A stretch of 63,075 bases of DNA, filler included, from Octopus bimaculoides (Eukaryota), in NCBI RefSeq assembly GCF_001194135.2. It is 8 parts of 8 records of this genome, joined end to end, with 100 filler letters (N's around TTAATTAATTAA, not from the genome) between each part and the next. Parts side by side here need not be neighbours in the genome. Positions count along the whole stretch, not along the records: positions 1 to 17,183 come from NC_068982.1; 7 more parts are not named here. The stretch is one strand, 5' to 3'. Below, piece after piece: positions 1-10,750 of this stretch. Every line of letters starts with the position of its first letter. Positions within the stretch are counted from its first letter, which is position 1. A program made the translations under genes and the position numbers. Below the pieces are notes generated by a model that did not search any database, was not told the DNA's origin, and saw only the letters and a program-made list of their open reading frames with translations.

Positions 1-64
1 GTAAGGGGAAGAGAGAGAGTGGCAAAGGGAGGAAGTAGAAGAATAGGTGAGCAACGAGAGGAAG

Positions 65-303
65 CAGTTGTATACTGTCAACTCAATGTGACAGTCCCAA
101 TAAGGGAATCATACTGCTGTTATTTAGCCCTAGGAAGCTGGACCGCTTCCTGTCGGCCTTGACACATTTCCTATGTTCTTATATTTGTGAGGGGGAGGAA
201 ATATGTCAAGGCCGACAGGAAGCGGTCTAGCTTCCTAGGGCTAAATAGTAGCAGTAAGATTCCCTTATTGGGACTGTCACATTGAGTTGACAGTATGCAA
301 CTG
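65..303. repeat. Long foldback inverted repeat (about 108-bp arms, 23-nt loop), MITE-like
   Basis: 65-172 is the reverse complement of 196-303 with about 6 mismatches. Termini are CAGTTG...CAACTG. No TSD found. Confidence 0.9.
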
Positions 304-581
304 TTTTATCGTAACACTGCTGCTTAAGTCTCTCTGGGAGATTTATAATTAGATCATTTCTAATATATATATATACTAGAAATATGTTACAAAAACAGAA
401 TAGAAACTACACGTGGACATGTAAGGGGAATGTAAGAAGAAAAATAAGCGAAAATGCACATTGGAAATCAAAAAGAATAAAGGCTTTTTATGAAAAGTAA
501 CGATAGTTATATACAATTAGATGAACTGAGGTATGAATAAAAGTAATAAAAGTCATTATTGTGTATTGTAAAAGAGATCCA

Positions 582-620
582 AAAGCATACCGGTTTCGTA
601 ATATTACTAATCATTGCTTT
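582..620 (-). ncRNA. Minimal type I hammerhead ribozyme-like motif (degenerate core) in the PLE 3' terminus
   Basis: AAAGCA-AUGAUUA-GUA(AUAU)UAC-GAAAC-CG-GUA-UGCUUU: 6-bp stem I, stem II, palindromic stem III ACCGGU, GUA triplet. The core differs from CUGAUGA at 2 positions. Confidence 0.7.
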
Positions 621-808
621 GAATGCACACCGATTACTGAACGGTGTCAGGTCTACTAGTCCCTGTGAAAAAAGATTATGTGTAAGAGAGGTAAGTAGTT
701 CTGGATTTGGTGCAATTAGGGTAGATATAGATTTGTAATGTGAATGGTGTATGGGATGTATGGGGGTTAGTGGTATTAATTGAAAGGTTAGTAGTGTTCT
801 GTATTATG

Positions 809-1358
809 TTATGTATTCATATTTAGTTGTGGAAGATATTTATTGATGAACGTTGCCTCTTTATTCATTTTTTTGTTGTATTGAGGTGTTCTATGAACAG
901 TGATAGAAGTGAAAAATTAGGAAATTAGGATTAAGATTCCTCGCATAACTTTCTATGTGTCCACCGACCTGTATCTGTCTGTACTGTGGGTGGCGGATTT
1001 GCGCTTTGTGGAGAGTGGTTCTTCGACGGAGTGATATTCCTGTTTGGCCAATATAATTATTACCACACCCTAAGCATGTAATGGCATAGATTAGATTTTT
1101 CGAGGCACAGGTGAACTTTAATTTAATCTTAAATATTTCACCTTGTTTGAGGTGGAACTCTGAAACCTCCAAAAGGTGGGGGGACATGTACCACAGTTAG
1201 GTCGACCACATTTTTTCACTTTTGGTTCTGTTGTTAATTGATATAGTCTTGCGCTGGTTAATATTTTTGCAATGATTTAGGTTGCATTTTGCTTTTGATA
1301 ATTTTGTGTGAGCCTAAAATTTTTTTCATTGTCTTATCTCCTGTAAGGAGTGGTAGAT
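809..1358 (-). pseudogene. Frameshifted PLE GIY-YIG endonuclease domain with upstream Cys motif
   Basis: Joining frames gives ...KQPKSLQKILTSARL...VKKCGRPNCGTCPHL...FTCASKNLIYAITCLGCGNNYIGQTGISLRRRTTLHKAQI...EATFINKYLPQLN*. The IY-x-I-x-C-x2-C-x3-YIGQT-x4-L-x2-R-x3-H pattern is typical of PLE GIY-YIG. At least 2 frameshifts or stops. Confidence 0.9.
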
Positions 1359-2119
1359 NNNNNNNNNNNNNNNNNNNNNNNNNNNNNNNNNNNNNNNNNN
1401 NNNNNNNNNNNNNNNNNNNNNNNNNNNNNNNNNNNNNNNNNNNNNNNNNNNNNNNNNNNNNNNNNNNNNNNNNNNNNNNNNNNNNNNNNNNNNNNNNNNN
1501 NNNNNNNNNNNNNNNNNNNNNNNNNNNNNNNNNNNNNNNNNNNNNNNNNNNNNNNNNNNNNNNNNNNNNNNNNNNNNNNNNNNNNNNNNNNNNNNNNNNN
1601 NNNNNNNNNNNNNNNNNNNNNNNNNNNNNNNNNNNNNNNNNNNNNNNNNNNNNNNNNNNNNNNNNNNNNNNNNNNNNNNNNNNNNNNNNNNNNNNNNNNN
1701 NNNNNNNNNNNNNNNNNNNNNNNNNNNNNNNNNNNNNNNNNNNNNNNNNNNNNNNNNNNNNNNNNNNNNNNNNNNNNNNNNNNNNNNNNNNNNNNNNNNN
1801 NNNNNNNNNNNNNNNNNNNNNNNNNNNNNNNNNNNNNNNNNNNNNNNNNNNNNNNNNNNNNNNNNNNNNNNNNNNNNNNNNNNNNNNNNNNNNNNNNNNN
1901 NNNNNNNNNNNNNNNNNNNNNNNNNNNNNNNNNNNNNNNNNNNNNNNNNNNNNNNNNNNNNNNNNNNNNNNNNNNNNNNNNNNNNNNNNNNNNNNNNNNN
2001 NNNNNNNNNNNNNNNNNNNNNNNNNNNNNNNNNNNNNNNNNNNNNNNNNNNNNNNNNNNNNNNNNNNNNNNNNNNNNNNNNNNNNNNNNNNNNNNNNNNN
2101 NNNNNNNNNNNNNNNNNNN

Positions 2120-2410
2120 CCAAATTTGCCTTCAAGATATAGAACAAGATATCGCAACAGCCTGGGCTTTTAGGGGACCACAATAACCCTTACCCCCGAA
2201 GGACCTGAGAGACATAGGTGTTTTCAAAGTGAAACTGGACTTCTTACTGTCAAATGTCCCAGGAGGAGGTGCAGATGAAGGCAGTGGCATCAAACTCCCT
2301 CATGCACCAAATGTCAATTTCTAAAAAGAATTCGTGAAGTAAAATTATGTAGCAACACCAAATGGCGCTGCCTCAGCATGGCCACAGCTCATGAGCTGAA
2401 ATGAGATCAA
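2120..2410 (+). mobile_element. CR1/L2-group LINE 3' end (degenerate C-terminus plus 3' UTR)
   Basis: Broken frames read RYRNSLGFRGPQ...PKDLRDIGVFKVKLDFLLSNVP, resembling a CR1-like ORF2 C-terminus. Terminal stem-loop CAGCTC-AT-GAGCTG at 2385-2398. Confidence 0.7.
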
Positions 2411-2422
2411 ATCAATCATATA

Positions 2423-2606
2423 TTATATACATATGTATGTTATATATTCAACACGCACACACACACACACACACGCACGCACACACACACATACACTGTG
2501 TGTATGTATATATGTATATATACATATGCGCACACACACACACGTACACATGCATATGTTTAATTTAACGCAAACTGCCAAAACAATTTCAAGACCCACG
2601 CGCGCG

Positions 2607-2645
<39 letters not shown>

Positions 2646-3400
2646 ACACACACACAGACACACACACACACACAGACACACACATGCACATGGGTAATTT
2701 AACGCAAACAGCCAACAAAAGGAATTCAAGAGTCACACACACGCACTCACGCACACACGTATACACACACAAAACACACAAAATCCAACTTCGACAGTAA
2801 GTACATTGNNNNNNNNNNNNNNNNNNNNNNNNNNNNNNNNNNNNNNNNNNNNNNNNNNNNNNNNNNNNNNNNNNNNNNNNNNNNNNNNNNNNNNNNNNNN
2901 NNNNNNNNNNNNNNNNNNNNNNNNNNNNNNNNNNNNNNNNNNNNNNNNNNNNNNNNNNNNNNNNNNNNNNNNNNNNNNNNNNNNNNNNNNNNNNNNNNNN
3001 NNNNNNNNNNNNNNNNNNNNNNNNNNNNNNNNNNNNNNNNNNNNNNNNNNNNNNNNNNNNNNNNNNNNNNNNNNNNNNNNNNNNNNNNNNNNNNNNNNNN
3101 NNNNNNNNNNNNNNNNNNNNNNNNNNNNNNNNNNNNNNNNNNNNNNNNNNNNNNNNNNNNNNNNNNNNNNNNNNNNNNNNNNNNNNNGTATTTATATATA
3201 TATATGTATATATATATATATGTATATATATATGTGTGTATATATATATATATGTATATTTATATACATATGTATACATACATATATGTATATTTATATA
3301 TATACATGTATATATACGTATGTGTAAATATATGTATCTATCTATCAACCTATATATGTACACACACACACACACACACATACATACACACACACACATA
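2423..3400. repeat. (CA)n/(TA)n compound microsatellites around a gap
   Basis: Direct inspection. Confidence 0.95.
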
Positions 3401-3719
3401 CAGAAGTAGCGTCTACAACAACGACAGGAATAACATCAAGCAAAACAATAATAATTATTTCAAAAACAATCATAACAAAAAGACAAAAAGAAAAAGAATC
3501 AACGTTGCAAAATTAACATCAACCACAACAACAACAGCAATAACAAAAAGTGGCACCACAATAGCAACATCAACAATAAGATCCGACCCTCCATCGCATC
3601 CCCATCTTCCACCGTCAATGGCTGACAAGGCCAGCAAACGTCATATTACCAAACACAAGCCGCACGAACGCGGCCATACATCACGCTAACAAATCATAAA
3701 CAATAATTATTTCACCCAC

Positions 3720-5230
3720 CTCCAGCACCACTCCGCGCCACTATCGCCACCACTACCACCACCACTACCGACAGCACTGCTGCAACTACAACCACCGCCC
3801 TCTTTGCTAATGCCTTCACCACTNNNNNNNNNNNNNNNNNNNNNNNNNNNNNNNNNNNNNNNNNNNNNNNNNNNNNNNNNNNNNNNGCCACCACCACCAC
3901 CACCACTGTTGCCGCTACCCCTATCCCCATCTCATTGTTTTTCTTTCAGTTGCTGAACCCCAGCGCCAACACCATCTTCATTATCACCATCACTATTACC
4001 AACGTGACCATCACCATCACCATCAATACCATTAATACAATTACCACTGCCATCATTTTTTATCACCACCACCACCACCACCACCACCATTGTCATTAGC
4101 ACCAGTATCACCACCATCGCCATCACCACAACCACAACGACTACAATGACACCACCAATATTGCCACGACGACGACGACCACCATCATCACCACTATCAC
4201 CACCACCACCACTAATAATAATAACAATAACAGTAATAATATAATATAATATAATATAATATAATCACCATCATCATTTGCATTGTCGCAAGCAGAACCA
4301 CCACCACCAGCCTTAGCCAGGCACCACCATCTATGAGATATATGTAACGTGTGTGTGGCTAAGTGTGTAACTTAGTTCCTGGAACAAAATGCGTAGTGGC
4401 ATTTCTTCCGGGTTTTTACGTTCTGAGTTCAAATCCTACTGAAGTCAGCTTTACCTTTCATCTAATACTGCTACTACAACTTGCGTGTCACCCCACCCTT
4501 ACCATCACCACCAAGAATAACAACAACAGCATCAAAAACTATGACATTAACTACAACGATACATTTGCATCAACCACCATCTCTGCCGCTAGCATTCTGT
4601 AATATCCACTATCACCACCACCACCATCACCACCACTTTCACTTTCACTTCCACTAAGAGAACTACTACCACCAACACCACCACGACTGAGACAATAAAT
4701 ACTACAATACTACCGACACCGTCACCACCACCACCACCACCACCAAAACAACAACAACAACAACTAACACCATTCCAACACCATTTTCTCCATTACTACT
4801 ACTGCTACCACTACCACCACCGTCACCATCACCTCCCAGCACCAACGCCACCATAATCTTACCGCTAATGCGTCCACTACTACCACTACAATCACAACAC
4901 AGCCAAACGGAACTGGATTAATACTACCACCACTACCACCTCAACCACAACAAGGTATACTGCCACTACCACGACCGCCGCCGCCGCCTCCACCGCCACC
5001 ACCACCACCACATTCACTGTTGTCAGATGTACTAATCCCACGGCTGACTATTACCATCTCTATCAAAACTGCCATGGTGCCTAATTTAAGCTCCACCATC
5101 AGCACCACCACCGCCACCACCATTTTGTAGTCGCTCACATACAACAGCAATACCATCACCTCCAACACCATCATCACCATGACCAATACCAGCACCACCA
5201 CCACTGCCGCCGCTGCCATCATTGTGACCG
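3720..5230 (+). repeat. Degenerate (ACC/ACT/CAA/AAT)n trinucleotide array
   Basis: Direct inspection. Similar arrays at about 7030-7468, 8320-8960, 29000-29720, 43330-43497 and 59950-60750. Confidence 0.9.
4381..4463 (+). mobile_element. SINE family B fragment (old)
   Basis: B-box-like TTCTGAGTTCAAATCC followed by CTTTACCTTTCATC, matching the copy at 49608. Confidence 0.65.
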
Positions 5231-5601
5231 ATTACCACCCTTCCAATTCTATAGTTAGGTCGGTTGTAATATATTTAATGATGTAAACTAAGATATCTTA
5301 ATTACCATTAGTCCCATGATGGGGAAGAAAGAGTCATTAAAGTAGTGATTAATTCTCCCTAAAAATGGCATGGTAGATAACCCCGAAATGATTATGGATT
5401 CAAAAGAATTCCCAAGCCATAGAGTGGGAAGTTAGTTTGAAGATAACACTGACGGGGGAAAAACTCCGGGTGCGTTTTAGTCTTTTTCTACTCTTCAGCG
5501 AATCAATGTCTTGACTAGTTACCGTCAGACCATGATGACTTGAGATACATGCAACATGTGTTTGTGTGTGTGTATGTGTGTGTGCGCGTGTGTGTAGCTT
5601 A

Positions 5602-5735
5602 GACCAAAGTGCGTAGTGACATTTCTTCCGATTCTTTGCGTTCTGTGTTCAAATCCTGCCGAAAACAGCATTGCCTTCCATCTTTTCAGGGTCGCTAAAA
5701 TAAAGTACCAATCACGTAGTATGGTCGATTTGAAT
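5602..5735 (+). mobile_element. SINE family B fragment (old)
   Basis: GTTCAAATCCTGCCG...TTGCCTTCCATCTTTTCAGGGTCGCTAAAATAAAGTACC. Confidence 0.7.
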
Positions 5736-6299
5736 ATTAGTATTTTCATTTTTAATTGGCAAACGTTACAAAGGTTACGAGAGTTTTGCTTTGTGCAGGA
5801 CTCTCGGCTCTTGAGTCAGATTGTGAATTCTGCCGATTAAAAACAGAAAAATTTCTATTGTCTTGTTTTCAGTTCTTTATTATTCAGTCGGTACTAGTAA
5901 NNNNNNNNNNNNNNNNNNNNNNNNNNNNNNNNNNNNNNNNNNNNNNNNNNNNNNNNNNNNNNNNNNNNNNNNNNNNNNNNNNNNNNNNNNNNNNNNNNNN
6001 NNNNNNNNNNNNNNNNNNNNNNNNNNNNNNNNNNNNNNNNNNNNNNNNNNNNNNNNNNNNNNNNNNNNNNNNNNNNNNNNNNNNNNNNNNNNNNNNNNNN
6101 NNNNNNNNNNNNNNNNNNNNNNNNNNNNNNNNNNNNNNNNNNNNNNNNNNNNNNNNNNNNNNNNNNNNNNNNNNNNNNNNNNNNNNNNNNNNNNNNNNNN
6201 NNNNNNNNNNNNNNNNNNNNNNNNNNNNNNNNNNNNNNNNNNNNNNNNNNNNNNNNNNNNNNNNNNNNNNNNNNNNNNNNNNNNNNNNNNNNNNNNNNN

Positions 6300-6418
6300 G
6301 CCATCCCGAAAGGATGAAAGGTAAAGTTCACCTCAGCGGAATTTGAACTCAAAACGTAAAAGATGGACGAAATGCTGTTAGGCACACTGTCCATCTCGTA
6401 CTAACGATTCTGCCAGTC
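6300..6418 (-). mobile_element. SINE family B 5' part
   Basis: Reverse complement matches CTGGCAGAATCGTTAG...GAGTTCAAATTCCGCTGAGGTGAACTTTACCTTTCATCCTTTCGGG. Confidence 0.8.
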
Positions 6419-6441
6419 ACTGCATTTACACCCACGCGCAT

Positions 6442-6488
<47 letters not shown>

Positions 6489-9360
6489 TTGAAAATAAAT
6501 ACTGGATGATGTGATCAATTAAATGAACAGAGAAACATATTCAGGTACATGCCTTGCATCAATATGAAATAGCAAGGCACTACTGACGTATACAATTTAG
6601 TGAAAGGAGGCATTTCAATTTATTTCTATTACATCAATGGTGAGGCAAGAGTGAATGTCGTACCGTGAAATTCAGCCGTAAAAATATCAGGGGAGATAAC
6701 CCTTGAAATTTTAAGCTATTTCATCGAATTAAAATGTGAGTGAAAAGAAAAATCTACTGGTGAAGTATTACCGAGCGTATTGCGTTTGAGATTGGCTGGA
6801 AGCATGAGCCAATGGGTGAGCATGCACATGATCACATGACCTGTTACAAATAGCAACGAAATCTTCCTCATTAAATGAATCAACGGAATAAGACATATTA
6901 AATAATATAGTTTTAAATACCATCTGATAAAACAGTAGTCACGGTTGGAATGTCTTTGGGGATGAATGCGACGAAAGAAGAAACACCATTGCATTAATCT
7001 CAACTTTCACAGCCATGACGGCTGCCCCAAAGACTACCAACACCAGCACCAGCACCACCAACAACAACAGACACCACCACTATCATCATCAACGTTAGAA
7101 CTGCCATTATTAACTAGCATCGCCACCAATACCACTACTATTGCTTGTAATTGCCACCAGTACTACTACTGTCACCATCACCCCTATCAATACTACCACC
7201 TCAGCGACTGCCACCCCTTCTATTACCATCACTAACACTACTACCACCACTACTTTCACAAATACCATACAAACAATCTCAACAACGCCACCGCCATTAA
7301 CAACATCACTAACAACACAACTACATCACCACTACTTCAAGTACAACAATCATTCCCACTACCACCACCACCACCACCACCACTAACGCCATCGCCACCA
7401 TCACCACCACCTCCGCTACCGCCACGACGACGACGACGACGACCACCACCACCACCACCACTAACAACNNNNNNNNNNNNNNNNNNNNNNNNNNNNNNNN
7501 NNNNNNNNNNNNNNNNNNNNNNNNNNNNNNNNNNNNNNNNNNNNNNNNNNNNNNNNNNNNNNNNNNNNNNNNNNNNNNNNNNNNNNNNNNNNNNNNNNNN
7601 NNNNNNNNNNNNNNNNNNNNNNNNNNNNNNNNNNNNNNNNNNNNNNNNNNNNNNNNNNNNNNNNNNNNNNNNNNNNNNNNNNNNNNNNNNNNNNNNNNNN
7701 NNNNNNNNNNNNNNNNNNNNNNNNNNNNNNNNNNNNNNNNNNNNNNNNNNNNNNNNNNNNNNNNNNNNNNNNNNNNNNNNNNNNNNNNNNNNNNNNNNNN
7801 NNNNNNNNNNNNNNNNNNNNNNNNNNNNNNNNNNNNNNNNNNNNNNNNNNNNNNNNNNNNNNNNNNNNNNNNNNNNNNNNNNNNNNNNNNNNNNNNNNNN
7901 NNNNNNNNNNNNNNNNNNNNNNNNNNNNNNNNNNNNNNNNNNNNNNNNNNNNNNNNNNNNNNNNNNNNNNNNNNNNNNNNNNNNNNNNNNNNNNNNNNNN
8001 NNNNNNNNNNNNNNNNNNNNNAACAATTATTACTGTCTACCGTAAGTCTCCACACCCGTCCTCCCACCGCAATCCGTAACGACGGTCAGCCCCCCCCTTC
8101 TTTCCTCATACACTCGTTCCCCCTCCCTCAACATTCTACTAAACTACCTCAACCCTAACCCCGTCCCACATCTCTGCACATTCTCCTCTTGCCCCCGTCT
8201 ATCCTCCATATTACAAAACTACTTCCTTCGGTTTCTTCTTTATCTTCATCTTCTATCTCTTCTTTTTTGTTCCATCCTTACCAATATTTCCACAGTTAGC
8301 ACCATTTTCTCTACACCACCATCATCAACACCATCACTACCACCACCACTGTCACCACCACCACCACCACCATCATCTCAACGTTACTTCTACTCTTCCT
8401 AAGTCCTCCTACCACTCTTCGCCACAGCACTTACCCCAATCTTTCCGTTTTGGTAACCCCTTCCTCACTCCTTATTCACCACTACCACCATCACCATCAC
8501 CATCACCACCACCAGTATTCCAGTCTGTCCAGTCCTCCTCCATCCTCCACCGCTCCCACTTCTCCATTCTGGTTCCTCTACGCCACTCACTCCGCCACCG
8601 ATCTTCCTGTCTCCCACCCCTCCTCACAGCCACCGCCTCCACCAGTCGCTGCCAAACACAACTCATTCCACCACCGTTACCCAACTTCCTTTGCGTCCCT
8701 CTCTTCCGTCTGACCCTTCCATTCACATACACCTCCACACCCATAACCGCCAAACAACCCACCGCCTTCCTCACCGCCCCTCTTTTTATGCCGGAATACC
8801 CTACCACACCACAACACACGCTCCTTCTTCTCTCACTCGCGCCATTACCATAACCACCCCTCCTCTTCACACGCTTTTCCACCTCCTCAACTCACCACCC
8901 ACCCCACAACTGTCTGCACCCCCTCTCCTCACCGCCATTCGCTGCCTACCCATCCATCACCCCAACCAGTCGTCCGTATCTCTCTCCCTAAAGTTCCTTA
9001 CTAATTAATTTATCTTCGTTTAACAGGGAACGCCGCCGGAAAGACGCAGCCTCGATCTGAAATTCTTCCGCTTCAGCCACAGACGACAAGATGGCGCTAA
9101 CTCATCGCCCCACCGCACCCCACTTTACACCTCTTCCTTTCTAAATATTTCCATTTTCACATCTAGTCTCTCTACTCTATGACAAACATACACAGTTTCT
9201 CTCTCTCTTCCTCTCTCTTTCTCTCTCACTTTTTACTTCTTTCTCTCTTTCACTGTCTCTATCTATTTGTATCACTCTTTCTCTTTCTGTATTTCCGTTT
9301 TCTTCTTAGAGTTATCAATTCTTCTTTCTTGAGACTCCCAGTTCTCTGTATCTCTCTCAC

Positions 9361-9413
<53 letters not shown>

Positions 9414-9947
9414 ACCTACCTAATTCCCAGTGCTATGCTTTTTTCTTAATATCACGTGACCGCATGACCGTAGCAACAAGGTTGAAACGCATTATTGAAT
9501 ATATATATNNNNNNNNNNNNNNNNNNNNNNNNNNNNNNNNNNNNNNNNNNNNNNNNNNNNNNNNNNNNNNNNNNNNNNNNNNNNNNNNNNNNNNNNNNNN
9601 NNNNNNNNNNNNNNNNNNNNNNNNNNNNNNNNNNNNNNNNNNNNNNNNNNNNNNNNNNNNNNNNNNNNNNNNNNNNNNNNNNNNNNNNNNNNNNNNNNNN
9701 NNNNNNNNNNNNNNNNNNNNNNNNNNNNNNNNNNNNNNNNNNNNNNNNNNNNNNNNNNNNNNNNNNNNNNNNNNNNNNNNNNNNNNNNNNNNNNNNNNNN
9801 NNNNNNNNNNNNNNNNNNNNNNNNNNNNNNNNNNNNNNNNNNNNNNNNNNNNNNNNNNNNNNNNNNNNNNNNNNNNNNNNNNNNNNNNNNNNNNNNNNNN
9901 NNNNNNNNNNNNNNNNNNNNNNNNNNNNNNNNNNNNNNNNNNNNNNN

Positions 9948-10105
9948 TGTACATAAGTAAACATATAAATGCAAAACAAGGTGGAAAAAATCGTACTCGA
10001 ATACTGGAGGTGGAGTAATACGCTTTTCTTTAAATTAAAGCTGCAAAACCATTACAAAAAAGCTGCTACTCAGAGTTTCACGTCCCCGTTCGTGGGGCAG
10101 TTGTG
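9948..10105 (-). mobile_element. Short non-coding PLE-terminus-like element carrying a hammerhead-like motif
   Basis: Contains the motif at 10063-10100. The 3' tail runs into a gap whose far side is (TA)n. Confidence 0.5.
10063..10100 (-). ncRNA. Minimal type I hammerhead-like motif (degenerate core)
   Basis: CUGC-CCCACGA-ACG(GGGA)CGU-GAAAC-UCUGA-GUA-GCAG. Stem III ACUC-U-GAGU is self-complementary. The core has 2 changes from CUGANGA. Confidence 0.55.
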
Positions 10106-10109
10106 ATAC

Positions 10110-10625
10110 AGATTCTGTATAACTAGCTGCAAGTGAGCCATCATCTATGCAAACGCACTTCTCTTCTGTAACATCACGATTTTATCTGATACGCTGTCAT
10201 GCAATCCGAAACACCTCAAGCCTCTGGTCCACACGCCGCAGAACATTGGCAAACTTTTTCCTTTCTGATTCTTCCCTGGTTAAATATAGCTGTCACCTAG
10301 CTTCCTTCTAGATACCTGATATAGTTCTCTGCTACTACCACCCTTCCAGTCCTTCCAAACCTGTTTCCTCAGTCTAATGGCCCTGTCAACTACCCTGTTT
10401 CACCACCATGTCACCCTAGCGCTGGTTGAGACACAAACTTGGTCTGTAGCTCTCAGTAAGTTGCCTTGTGGGAACATCAAGTTGTCCTCTATGTTACATG
10501 TCTGTAACTCCTCCTTCTCGTTAAATGTTTCAATTAGGGCGTTTCTAAATCTCTGACTATTCAAAGGATCCTTAAGTTTCCAAATCTTTCTTTTCCAGAC
10601 TGGTGTGCTTCTGAAGTCTAAAGAT
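10110..10625 (-). mobile_element. RTE-like LINE ORF2 fragment (region between endonuclease and RT), degenerate
   Basis: WKRKIWKLKDP...RVTWW/WNRVVDRAIRLRKQVWKDWK...SRELYQ...EEKCVCIDDGSL. The WW-x-(N/D)-...-K-x2-WK-x-W pattern is typical of RTE ORF2. Confidence 0.75.
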
Positions 10626-10707
10626 GTATGTTCGAAAATGGAATAGCAAACGACGGAGTGGACACCACGCCCAGAAAAAAAGATATATGATATAATATAT
10701 ATGTATA

Positions 10708-10750
<43 letters not shown>

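Larger units (their letters stand above)
376..1358 (-). mobile_element. Penelope-like retroelement, 3' portion (endonuclease end plus 3' terminal region), cut by a gap on its 5' side
   Basis: GIY-YIG coding remnant at 809-1358, a hammerhead-like motif at 582-620, and a 3' end abutting (TA)n at 363-375. Confidence 0.8.

Noticed and set aside
6658-6668. 11-nt match (TCGTACCGTGA) to the start of vertebrate miR-126-3p
   Set aside because: The rest of the mature sequence does not match, I see no precursor hairpin, and the family is not expected in a mollusc.
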